From the NCBI GenBank assembly GCA_963761335.1, contig CAVXGR010000015.1, positions 352,001 through 416,000 of the forward strand: 64,000 bases of DNA, given 5' to 3'. Position 1 is the stretch's first letter, and each line of letters begins with the position of its first letter. A program made the position numbers and the translations under genes. This document shows positions 20,294 through 29,405 of this stretch, in pieces. The notes beneath the pieces were generated by a model. It did not search any database. It was not told where the DNA came from and saw only the letters and a program-made list of their open reading frames with translations. The stretch is from an uncultured delta proteobacterium (GTDB taxonomy: Bacteria > Desulfobacterota > Binatia > HRBIN30 > BPIQ01).

Positions 20294-20757
20294 CGCCGTT
20301 TTTTTTCCCTGCGCGCCAGCGCCCGCTCGACGCTGCGTGGATGGACCCTCCGGCCAAAGCGCTCGCGCACCCGGCGAGCCAGCTCCACCGCACGCAGCGA
20401 GCCATCTTCGGCGAGCAGCTCCCGGAGAAACTCCATCACCTCGGCATCGAGCTTGTGAGAGCGCCGCGGCCCGGGCTTGCGAGGCACGAGCGCCGCCAGC
20501 CCGCCGCGCGCGAGCGCCGCATCCGCCTGGTAGAGAGTCGGACGCGAGAAGCCGAAGGCCGCCGCGCTGCGACTGGCGGGCTGCCCGTCCACGCGCACGC
20601 GGCGCACCATCTCGTACTTGACCTGGACCAGATCGCGGGCGTCGAAGAAGTCCGAGGCAGCGAAGAGCGGATCGGAGACCCTCTCGGGGCTGGAGTTGAG
20701 GCTGCCACGCTGGCGCAGCGCTTGAATCTTGGGGTCGGGCGGTTTCGGCTTGGCCAT
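20290..20757 (-). CDS. Helix-turn-helix protein of the recombinase element
   Basis: FFDARDLVQVKYEMVR, AAAAFGFSRPTLYQ, VHPRSVERAL. Confidence 0.85.
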   Translation of the reverse strand: MAKPKPPDPKIQALRQRGSLNSSPERVSDPLFAASDFFDARDLVQVKYEMVRRVRVDGQPASRSAAAFGFSRPTLYQADAALARGGLAALVPRKPGPRRSHKLDAEVMEFLRELLAEDGSLRAVELARRVRERFGRRVHPRSVERALARREKKRR

Positions 20758-20779
20758 CGGCGGTGTGGGTACCGCTTCT

Positions 20780-20953
20780 TGTAAGTATGTTTATGCCGCA
20801 CAGCGCCAGCTCTGTCAAGATAGAAACGTCCGATCTACTGCTCCATGCGCTAGTTATCAACGACAGCATTGGTCTTCCACAAGCATCGAAGGCGCAGCGT
20901 GGAACACATTGCGGCATATTCTCCTTTACACATGCGGCGAAATCCGCTTTACA
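20780..20953 (-). promoter_or_regulatory. Internal promoter with three TGTAA-N10-GCCGCA boxes
   Basis: TTGACA on minus strand 20818-20813; boxes at 20780-20800 (+), 20910-20930 (-), 20933-20953 (-). Confidence 0.65.
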
Positions 20954-20979
20954 CATCACGCTCTCGATTCGGGAGGCGA

Positions 20980-21278
20980 TCACGACCGAAGCTCCCGCAC
21001 CAGCGCCGCCAGAACGACGAGGTCCCCGAGTCGCAACCGCGACCGTCCCGCCGCCGCGACGACGAACGGGTCTTCGGCCTCTACGCTGGTCCAGCGAGCC
21101 GGTAGCGAGGCCAGGTGTCCGTGGGGGTCGCGGTAGAAGACCCGATCCTCACCCCAGTTGCAGCGCTGTTCGACGACCACGATCTCCTGCCCGCACTGCG
21201 GATGGAACGGATGCGTGATGCGAACAGGTGCCGGCACTTGCCCGGCGTGGCCGGTAGTCGATTGAGTGGACCAACGTG
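20980..21278 (-). CDS. DUF5372-like (Y4bD/Y4pK-type) ORF lacking a convincing start in the integrated state
   Basis: THPFHP..GQ, WGEDRV, SLPARWTS, DPF; family name from memory. Confidence 0.65.
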
Positions 21279-21280
21279 CG

Positions 21281-22225
21281 TTCGAGAAGCTTGGCCCAGG
21301 CGTAGTGCTTCGGGCGCGTGTAGCTTCCCGGCGGCGGAGGCCGTGCGGTGAAGGGAGCATGCGACTCGGCACCGCTCTCGTCGGCGAGCGACGGCATCAC
21401 TGCCGGCGGGGACCTCTCCGCCGCATCGGGCTCCGTGGGAAACGATGGGGACGCTGATTTGGGCTGGATGCAAGCTCCATGCTCCTGCGGGTGACGCCGC
21501 GCGCCATCCTGCGCGCCCCGCACCGCCCCCGGGCGACTGCCCCTATGCGGCGCAAACACTCCGTGATACAGGAGCAAATTGACCCGCGGCTTCGGCACCA
21601 TGGATGCCAGCTTCTCCAGCAGCTCGATCGGCTCGAAGCGGATCGCTCGCGTGCCGTCGCGCCACGGCCGGCCCGCACTCCGGAGGCTTCCGGCGGACGT
21701 GCGCAGTCGCAGCAGCACCTTGCCCTCTGGCGTCAGCTCCAGACGCTCCTGGGCCAGCGGCGGACGCAGCACGTAACGACAGAGGTGCTCGAGGCGATTG
21801 CGATCTCCCGCGGGAACCGCAACCCCAGCATGCAGATCGAAGCCCTCGATGTGGGCGTGCAACGGTACGCTCACCGGCCTCTCCCCCTCGATGGGCCCCC
21901 GCCCGAGGCGAGCTACCGGCGCTCCGGCGCGCGGTCCAGTGGCGACACGGCCGGCGACGGCGGCTCCCTGAATCTCCGCGTATGCCGGACACTCGAAGAG
22001 ACGCTCGTCCGTGGCATCGGCCTCCTCATTGGGCCGCTCCAGTTCGATGCCGTGGCGAGCTACCAGACGGATGATCCGCCGCCGCACGGTTGCCAGCAGG
22101 CGCGCTACATCCCGGTCGGTCGGGCCCGGCGCGGGCACAAAGCGGAGGGCACCGTCGGCCTCTCGAATGAAGACGCCCTGCGCCACCAGCGTGTGAAAAT
22201 GGATGTTGGTGTTGAGCGTGTACGT
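21281..22225 (-). pseudogene. IS91-family (Y2 rolling-circle) transposase, central part, 5'-truncated
   Basis: NIHFH HUH motif, GFDLHAG, RLEHLCRYVLRPP, YHGVFAP, WAKLL. Confidence 0.88.
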
Positions 22226-22811
22226 GCTCCTCGCCCGGCCGAGCCCGTCCTGACATCGCGACATCCCTGGCGCGTCCAAGAGGCGACCACCCTGGGCGAG
22301 CAACGTCGCAGACGCCGTGCCATCACCTTTCGCTTACGGATATCTTCCAGATGTTGCCCTGCGCGATCACCTGTAGAGCCACGGCGCATCACCGTTTGTA
22401 CTCGAACTGAGTAGGGCGGCAGCGGCCTGCCCTTGTCTCCAGCTCGCACGTCGGCCTATCTCGAAGCTTGGCGCGAACGGCCTCGTGCAGGCGGCGAGGT
22501 GGGGTTGCAGGGGGAACCCACATGGCGTTCGATCGAGGTGGTCGGCGGCGGAAGGCCAAGGTCTCCGGCTGGATAGGAAGCGAGTTCACCTTGCCGGCGG
22601 CACCTGTCTGACTGGCGTACCAGTCGAAGGCAACACGCCGCTTGGATGCAATTCGGAGCCTTGGAGTCGGCTCGCGCTGCAGGGGACGTGTCCACCGGTG
22701 TCCAATATACGTTCCCACAGCTCGATCTCAGGGCACCTCCACTACCGAGAATCCCTTGACTTTGCTCGCATAAGGTCGTGCTGGGTGGTGCCAAGTCAGG
22801 CGCCGGCAGAC

Positions 22812-22865
22812 CTCGAAATCGTGTGACCCCTTGCGGGTCCGGGGGTTCGAATCCCCCCCTCTCCG
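22812..22865 (+). repeat. att repeat: 3' part of tRNA-Ser(CGA)
   Basis: Identical to 11498-11551, starting at the anticodon loop. Confidence 0.93.
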
Positions 22866-23250
22866 TTCTTTTTCAGGTACTTGGCCACCTGCGGCAAAAT
22901 CGAAACCGCAGGTTGCTCAATTCCATTCCCGCGTAGATGGAATTTTCGGAAAGGACAGGTGGCGATCCTGGTTCTCGAGGGTCTCCATCGTGAGTCTCAG
23001 CGCGCCGCGTAGGGTGGATCAGCGAAGTGGCTGCCACAGCGGCCCGCGAGCTCGGCGGCTTGCTGCGCCTGCGCGGGCGAAAATTCGACATCGCGGGCCA
23101 AGTCCTCCATCCACGGCCCGCACCAGCCGAGCAGCCAGGAGGCAAGCTCCTCCTTCCGATCTCGCCAGGGTCCGCGGGGCCGCAACCGCAATCCCGACCG
23201 GAGCCTAGCGCGCCGATCAGGTGCGCCCCACAGCGCCGGGACCTCCCACT

Positions 23251-23517
23251 CTATGAAGCCCGCTTGATCTCCTCGCGCACGATCTGCCGGATCTCCTCAC
23301 GCAGCCCCTTGCCACCACCAGCGGCACCCTTCATCGCCTGGCGCAGCAGCATGTTGAGCAGCGTCTGGTAGCCCACACCCCGCTCCGCCGCTTCCGCCAT
23401 CAACCAGCCGAGCACCTCGGCGTCGAGGCGCACCGTCTTCATGACTTTCGTCTTCGGAGGAATCACCGCCCCGCGTCGCTTCACCTTCAACTTGCGAAGA
23501 TCATATTCCTTCTTCAT
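23251..23517 (-). CDS. brnA: BrnA-type antitoxin
   Basis: MKKEYD, TVRLDAEVL.W, GYQTLLN..LR. Confidence 0.85.
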   Translation of the reverse strand: MKKEYDLRKLKVKRRGAVIPPKTKVMKTVRLDAEVLGWLMAEAAERGVGYQTLLNMLLRQAMKGAAGGGKGLREEIRQIVREEIKRAS

Positions 23518-23776
23518 ATGCGTGGCGCTCCTTTTTCGTCGCCCTTCGGGCCGAGATGATTCGCAACACGCCGCTTTGTCGCTCCACGTGCACGACCAGT
23601 AGCAGGCGGTTGCGCAGCGAATGCCCCACCGTCACCTCGCGCTCCTCCTCGCTCGTCTCATCGTCGATGAAGCTGACCGCGGCGCGATCCATCAGCGCGG
23701 TCACCGCCTCCTCGAACGTGATGCCGTGCTTGCGAGCGTTCGCGGCGGCCTTGCGCTCATCCCATTCGACCCGCAT
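23501..23776 (-). CDS. brnT: BrnT-type toxin
   Basis: EWDERKAAANARKHGITFEEA, RIISARRAT. Confidence 0.9.
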   Translation of the reverse strand: MRVEWDERKAAANARKHGITFEEAVTALMDRAAVSFIDDETSEEEREVTVGHSLRNRLLLVVHVERQSGVLRIISARRATKKERHAYEEGI

Positions 23777-23984
23777 CCAACTTTGTAACTACAATGTCAG
23801 GCTCGCCATCCGCAAGGGCATGCCAGGTTTCTGTGGCTCGGTGTCCGCTCCTTCTCGCGATGGGGAAACGGAAGGAGCCCGTAGGGCGAGTGGAGTTTTC
23901 CCATCGCGGGCGGCCGATCCGCCGAGGGCGACGCGTCAGGATGGCGCAGGAACGGCGATCGGCCAGGGAGATGGCCTGCGAGGC

Positions 23985-24365
23985 GGCCTCGTCGCTGCGG
24001 TAGCTTGGCACGTTGAACTCGAGGATGACCGAGGGGTGCACCACTCGGTCGATGGCGGCCGCCGTGGCCATCGGCTCCTTGAAGATCCGCTCCCACTCGC
24101 TGAAGACGAGGTTGCTGGTGATCAGTAGCGAGCGGCTCTCGCAGCGCTCGGCAATCAGCGTGAAGAGGACCTCGGCCTCATCGGGGCTCTGCTTCACGTA
24201 AGCGATGTCCTCCACGATGAGTAGCTCGAAGCCGTCGAGCTTGCGCAGCATCCGCGGCAGCTTCGCCTCGCGCTTGGCCGCGAGCAGCTCCTGTACGAGC
24301 TGCTAGGCGGGCCGGAAGAGGACCGAGTGCCCTTGCTCGACGAGGGTATGCCCCAGAGCACACCA
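23985..24365 (-). pseudogene. istB: IS21 helper ATPase IstB remnant with in-frame stop
   Basis: LVQELLAAKR, ITSNLVFSEWERIF, AAAIDRVVH; TAG near 24303; Walker A region missing. Confidence 0.8.
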
Positions 24366-24440
24366 GGGGAGACCGGCGGCTCCCAAGAGGAAAAACAGCC
24401 CGACGAGAGTCGGCGGAGAGCAACCGCGACTCGCCGGCGC

Positions 24441-24923
24441 TCACGGCTGCGGATCGCGTTCATCCCTCGCGAGCTCGAAGCCGTGAAGGAGGGCGATGTA
24501 CTCGGACGGCAGACCGTGTTCTCGTGCCCCGTCCAGCAACAACCCAAGGTAGCGCCGCGACGGCTTTCTCCCCGGCGAAACGCGAGGAGACTGGTAGGTA
24601 AAGGCGGCGATCGTTTGCTTCGCCGGCGTCACCACCGGGACGACGATGCTGCGGTAGTAACCCAAGTGAACGCCTTCGGTGCGGTCGAGGCGGTCAGCCT
24701 CGTCTGCGGTGATGCAGTGAAGGACCCCGCAGGTGCGCGCTCCGACTTGCCGCGCGAGGTTGGCGACGCCGCGCTCGCCAGGGCCGACGGGAAGGTCAAA
24801 GCTGAGCCGATAGCCGTCGAGCCAGCCCCAGGTGCTGGCCGAGGGCTGCATCCCGCGTCGCTCGACGAAGATCGTGCGGCTCATGTTGCTGCCGTAGGCG
24901 AAATACCAGAGACAGGGGCTCAC
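24441..24923 (-). CDS. Gamma-glutamylcyclotransferase family protein
   Basis: YFAYGSNM, LDRTEG, PSRRYL..GAREHGLP. Confidence 0.88.
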   Translation of the reverse strand: MSPCLWYFAYGSNMSRTIFVERRGMQPSASTWGWLDGYRLSFDLPVGPGERGVANLARQVGARTCGVLHCITADEADRLDRTEGVHLGYYRSIVVPVVTPAKQTIAAFTYQSPRVSPGRKPSRRYLGLLLDGAREHGLPSEYIALLHGFELARDERDPQP

Positions 24924-25060
24924 GCTGGCACTCTGCCACGGGCCGGCGCCTGAGCAAGCGTGTGATCGCAGCGACGGAGCTCGGGAAGCTTGAATCAGAC
25001 ATCATGGAATTGAATCGTCTTGCTGTTTGTTCGACATGAAACGGCGAACGAGATCGGCGA

Positions 25061-25795
25061 TTACCAGCGGCCGAAATGCGAGCCGCCATCGACGTACAGA
25101 ATGTCACCAGTGACCGTCCCGGCGTCGGTCAGATACATGACCGCATCCGTGATGTCCTTGACCGTCGAAGGCCGAGCCATCGGCGACAGGCTCTCCATCA
25201 CGTCCGTCGGAGTCTCCCGGTGAAGCGGTGTGTAGACGACGCCCGGGGCGACGGCGTTCACGCGGATGCCGTCTTTCGCGAACTCCATCGCCAGGTGCTG
25301 GGTGATGGTTTCAAGACCGCCTTTGGTGAACATCGGCAACGCCGCCGTGACGCCCCGGATCGGGTTGCGAGCAAGCGCCGCCGTGATCGCGACGATGCTG
25401 CCGCCGGTCTTCTGCGCCAACATTTGCTTGATGGAGAGTTGGGTGATGTACAGGAAGCCCTCGACGTTGGTCGAGATCAGCGACTTGAAGTCCTCGGCCG
25501 TGTAGTCGGTGAACGGCTTGGTGATGAAGATGCCGGCGTTATTGACCAGTGCGTCGATCGAATTGAAGCGAGACAGCGCCGTCTCGATGATCTCGGCGGC
25601 GGTTGCCGGCTCGCCGATGTGGCCGTCCACCAGGGCGATGTGGTCGGAAGCCGCGATCTCGGTGGATTGGGTCACCTTCCGGGAATTGGCAACGACGTTG
25701 AACCCCCGTTCGACAAACCCTTTCACGATTCCCGCGCCGATCCCCTGGGAGGCTCCGGTCACGATGGCTGTCTTCCGCGGGCCGTTCAGGGGCAT
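25061..25795 (-). CDS. Short-chain dehydrogenase/reductase (catalytic Tyr apparently replaced)
   Basis: TGASQGIG, NNAG, PMFTKGG in place of YxxxK, IRVNAVAPG. Confidence 0.9.
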   Translation of the reverse strand: MPLNGPRKTAIVTGASQGIGAGIVKGFVERGFNVVANSRKVTQSTEIAASDHIALVDGHIGEPATAAEIIETALSRFNSIDALVNNAGIFITKPFTDYTAEDFKSLISTNVEGFLYITQLSIKQMLAQKTGGSIVAITAALARNPIRGVTAALPMFTKGGLETITQHLAMEFAKDGIRVNAVAPGVVYTPLHRETPTDVMESLSPMARPSTVKDITDAVMYLTDAGTVTGDILYVDGGSHFGRW

Positions 25796-26052
25796 TTTCG
25801 GTGCCTTTCCCTGTCGAGCCAGGCGCGGATATAGGCGGGACAATTCCTCAGCTGCACCTTGTCCGCTTCGCAATCCGCCAGGAACCGAATCGTGTCTCGA
25901 TCCACGAGTGTCAGCTCTTTGAAATCCAGCACGACTTCGTCCTTCTCGGCGTCGAGGAGTGCCTGTAGCTCGGTGAGATGCTCCGCTTCGATCCGACCGC
26001 TCACAACAAAGACAACGGAGCTTCCGTCGGCAGTTCGCATTATTTTCAGCAT
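25786..26052 (-). CDS. Small STAS-like protein
   Basis: SGRIEAEHL, VLDFKELTLVDRD.IRFL, NCPAYIRAW. Confidence 0.7.
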   Translation of the reverse strand: MLKIMRTADGSSVVFVVSGRIEAEHLTELQALLDAEKDEVVLDFKELTLVDRDTIRFLADCEADKVQLRNCPAYIRAWLDRERHRKCP

Positions 26053-26085
26053 CGCTCTAGAGACGCACACGTCTTTAGCGCCGCA

Positions 26086-26102
26086 ATGCGGGCTTCGTGC
26101 CA
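26086..26102 (-). promoter_or_regulatory. Putative sigma54 (-24/-12) promoter
   Basis: TGGCACGAAGCCCGCA, GG-N10-GC spacing. Confidence 0.6.
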
Positions 26103-26265
26103 GCGCGATGCGCGACGAACGGAAGGGTCCTGCTCACCCTCAGATCGCCCACGGAGTGCCCCACGAAGTCGCGACTCTTCGGGAATTCCCGACATTTCGT
26201 GAAGTCTCGAGGGGTGGTGTTGGATTTTCGCGCGGAACAGGCGAAACTGTCGGGGCGAGGTCAAT

Positions 26266-29001
26266 ATGGCGACCACCACCTATGAAGATGGAGAGAAGTC
26301 GCAATTGACCGAGGGCGAGGGGCGCACACTCGCCGAGACCTTGCTCGCCGGAGAGAATCGACTCCTCGAGATGATCGCGCGGGGCAACTCGCTGGATCTG
26401 AGTCTCGATCGTCTGTGCCGCCTGGTCGAAGAGGTCTCCCCGGGTGCCCTGACAACCGTTCTCCTCCTGGATCCGAACGAGAACCGCCTCTGGCACCGGG
26501 CCGCGCCCAGTCTTTCCAGGCGCTACACCGACGCCCTCGATGGAGTCGTCATCGGCCCCTGCGTCGGTTCGTGCGGGACCGCGGCCTACCGCAACGAGCC
26601 GGTGATCACATCCGACCTCGCCGCGGATCCGCTCTGGGCCGACTACCGCCATCTGCCCCTCGCCCACGGGCTGCAGGCCTGTTGGTCCATGCCGATCCGA
26701 TCCTCGGACGGCAGGGTGCTGGGGACCTTCGCGATATACTTTCGCGAGCCGTGCAGTCCGACGCCGGAGCATCGCGACCTGATCGAGCAGATCGCGTATC
26801 TCGCCAGCATCGCGATCGAGCGCACTCGCACCGAGGCAGCGCTGCGGGAAAGCGAAGAGCGCTTCCGCTGCATGGCGGACAGCGTCCCCGAGGTCATATG
26901 GATCACGCAGCTGCAGCCGGAGCGGGCTCTGTACACCAGCCCGAGCTTCGAACGCATCTGGGGCCGCCCGGTCGCGGATCTCTACCGCGACCCGCGCCTG
27001 TGGACGCAGGCGATTCACCCGGACGACCGCGTCCGCGTCGAGAACACCTTCAATCAATGGGTCGCCGGCGAGGGCATCGACTACCGCGACATGGAGTTCC
27101 GCATCGTCCGGCCGGATGGCGCGATACGGTGGATTCGCCAGAACGGCGTGCTCAGCCTCGGCGCGCGCGGGAAGCCCTCGCGGGTCAGCGGTATTTCGAC
27201 GGACATCACCGAGCCAAAGCGGGCTGCGGATGCCCTGCGGCGCAGCGAGGCCTATTTGACCGAAGCGCAGCAGCTCAGCCGAACCGGCAGCTTCGGTTGG
27301 TGTCTGTCGAGCGGAGAAATCTTGTGGTCGGACGAGACGTTTCGCGTCTTCGAATACGACCGCACGGTGGCGCCTTCCGTCGCCTTGATCCTCGAACGAA
27401 CCCATCCGGAAGACAGGGATTTCGTCCGCTGGACGATTGACCGTGCACTCCGCGACGGGACGGGCTTCGAGATCGAGCATCGCCTGCAAATGCCCGACGG
27501 ATCGATCAAGCACGTCCACGTGGTGGCGCGCGCCGTCAAGAGCGAGTGGGCCGAGCGCGAGCTCGTCGGCGCGGTTTCGGATGTCACCGCCGCGAGAGAA
27601 GCCGCGGATCGAATCCGGCAAAACGAGAGGGAATTTCGCCAGATCGTCGAGGCCATCCCCGCGTTCATTCTCGTCTTGTCCCCGGATGGGAGTCCGCTCT
27701 ACGCAAACCAGGAGCTGCTCGAATACACGTCTCTCACTCTGGAAGACGTTCAATCCCATGGCTTTCGCGAGCGCATCTTTCATCCCGAGGATCTGGAACG
27801 GCTGCGAGATGAACGGCGGGAGGCCCTGTCTCGGGGGGCTCCGTTTGTTCTGGAGCAACGAATGCTCCGCAACGACGGGCAGTATCGGTGGTTTCTGATT
27901 CGTCTCAACCCGGTGCGGAACGAGGGGGGGCAGATCATTCGCTGGTACGCCACGGGAACCGACATCGACGATCGGAAGCGGGCGGAGCAGAGGGTCCAGC
28001 AGGAGAACATGGCGCTGCGGGAGGAGGTCGACAAGACGTCCATGTTCGAGGAGATCGTCGGTGCCTCTCCTCTGCTGCAAGCAGTCCTCTCTCGCGTCTC
28101 CAAGGTGGCGCCGACGGATTCGACGGTGCTCATCACGGGAGAGACGGGTACGGGAAAGGAGCTGATCGCGCGGGCCATCCACAAACGGTCGACGCGTTCG
28201 ACCCGCGCCTTTGTGAGCGTGAATTGCGCCGCGATCCCGCTGTCCCTGATCGCCTCGGAATTGTTCGGTCACGAGAAGGGCGCCTTCACCGGGGCGCTGC
28301 AGCGGCGGCTGGGCCGCTTCGAGCTCGCGGACGGCGGCACGATCTTCCTGGACGAGGTCGGAGAGCTCCCCTCCGAGACGCAGCTGGCGCTGTTGCGGGT
28401 CCTCCAGGAACGCGAGTTCGAACGGGTCGGGGGGACCCGGCCGATTCGTACCGACGTGCGGGTGATTGCGGCCACCAATCGCGACCTGCAGGCCGCCATC
28501 GCTGCCGGCGCCTTCCGCAGCGATCTGCTCTACCGGCTCAACGTCTTTCCCATCCAGATTCCCTCGCTGCGCGAGCGCAGAGACGATATCCCCATGCTCG
28601 TGGAGTACTTCATCGGTCGCTATGCGAGGAAAGCCGGCAAGAAAATCTCCGGCATCAATAGGAAAACCCTCGGTCTGCTTCAATCGTACCCCTGGCCCGG
28701 CAACATTCGAGAATTGCAGAATGTGATCGAGCGGTCGGTCATTCTCTGCGAAACCGAGAATTTCTCGGTGGACGAGAGTTGGCTCTCAGGCCAGTGTTCT
28801 CCGCCTTCACCGGCGAGCCGGGCTCTCAGCGACAGAATCACCGGCAACCAAAAGGCTCTCATCGAAGCGGCTCTGGCGGAAGCGAAAGGCCGCGTATCGG
28901 GGCCTTGGGGTGCGGCCGCGAAGCTCGGCATTCCGCCGTCGACTCTGGATTCGAAGATCAAATCGCTGAAGATCGACAAGCAGCAGTTCAAACGCGTCTA
29001 G
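26266..29001 (+). CDS. Sigma54-dependent activator, GAF-PAS x3-AAA+-HTH (FhlA-like)
   Basis: GETGTGKE, GAFTGA, FLDEVGE, WPGNIRELQN, C-terminal HTH. Confidence 0.93.
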   Translation: MATTTYEDGEKSQLTEGEGRTLAETLLAGENRLLEMIARGNSLDLSLDRLCRLVEEVSPGALTTVLLLDPNENRLWHRAAPSLSRRYTDALDGVVIGPCVGSCGTAAYRNEPVITSDLAADPLWADYRHLPLAHGLQACWSMPIRSSDGRVLGTFAIYFREPCSPTPEHRDLIEQIAYLASIAIERTRTEAALRESEERFRCMADSVPEVIWITQLQPERALYTSPSFERIWGRPVADLYRDPRLWTQAIHPDDRVRVENTFNQWVAGEGIDYRDMEFRIVRPDGAIRWIRQNGVLSLGARGKPSRVSGISTDITEPKRAADALRRSEAYLTEAQQLSRTGSFGWCLSSGEILWSDETFRVFEYDRTVAPSVALILERTHPEDRDFVRWTIDRALRDGTGFEIEHRLQMPDGSIKHVHVVARAVKSEWAERELVGAVSDVTAAREAADRIRQNEREFRQIVEAIPAFILVLSPDGSPLYANQELLEYTSLTLEDVQSHGFRERIFHPEDLERLRDERREALSRGAPFVLEQRMLRNDGQYRWFLIRLNPVRNEGGQIIRWYATGTDIDDRKRAEQRVQQENMALREEVDKTSMFEEIVGASPLLQAVLSRVSKVAPTDSTVLITGETGTGKELIARAIHKRSTRSTRAFVSVNCAAIPLSLIASELFGHEKGAFTGALQRRLGRFELADGGTIFLDEVGELPSETQLALLRVLQEREFERVGGTRPIRTDVRVIAATNRDLQAAIAAGAFRSDLLYRLNVFPIQIPSLRERRDDIPMLVEYFIGRYARKAGKKISGINRKTLGLLQSYPWPGNIRELQNVIERSVILCETENFSVDESWLSGQCSPPSPASRALSDRITGNQKALIEAALAEAKGRVSGPWGAAAKLGIPPSTLDSKIKSLKIDKQQFKRV

Positions 29002-29159
29002 ACCGGGCTGTCGCGATCGTCGCAGCGGCCGCGCCGCCGATCTGCAAATCACCCCTCCGCACTCACGGCGAATTCCCGAAATCTCCGAGAAATCGGGATT
29101 CCGTGATTTGCACGGTGGATCGAGCCATACGGCCGCCCCGCGTCTATTCGGGCGTGTCT

Positions 29160-29175
29160 TGGCACGAATGCGGCT
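29160..29175 (+). promoter_or_regulatory. Putative sigma54 (-24/-12) promoter
   Basis: TGGCACGAATGCGGCT, GG-N10-GC spacing. Confidence 0.55.
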
Positions 29176-29405
29176 TCTGCAATGAAACTCGAGAAGACAC
29201 TCGAGGCGGGAACCGCTCAATCGATCGGCCCGCTAAAGACTCTCGCTGTTGGCGCCGGCGCTGCTGCGGGCGCGTCTTCTTCTCAACGATTCCTGCTGGT
29301 TGCTGAACTGAAGGATCCGTCGCGGACAGTGCTCGGCCAGGCCGGGGCTTCGAGCGGCACGAAAATGAGAAGTGGCGAAACGGACAGGCCTCTGACAGGG
29401 CCATC

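Larger units (their letters stand above)
17921..21280 (-). mobile_element. 3,360-bp large serine recombinase element (four ORFs) inserted at a CG dinucleotide
   Basis: Removal restores WAKLLERSFEIDVLACP; CG at 17919-17920 and 21279-21280. Confidence 0.88.
11498..22865. mobile_element. tRNA-Ser-integrated genomic island (degenerate)
   Basis: Identical 54-bp direct repeats 11498-11551 and 22812-22865; integrase remnant next to the tRNA. Confidence 0.9.

Noticed and set aside
19989..20405. N-terminal extension giving an 826-aa recombinase
   Set aside because: Overlaps two other genes; the catalytic domain begins just after ATG 19988
21274..21278. Alternative CGTT crossover core for the recombinase element
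   Set aside because: Joining there puts the restored transposase out of frame; the CG core restores it
22812..22865. Second tRNA-Ser(CGA) gene
   Set aside because: Only the 3' part is present; it is the att duplication
24303..24305. TAG in istB as recoding
   Set aside because: The gene is truncated and otherwise degenerate; ordinary pseudogene
26140..28683. Long antisense ORFs (also opposite ffh, mscS, dnaX, mdtB)
   Set aside because: Shadow ORFs expected from high-GC codon bias
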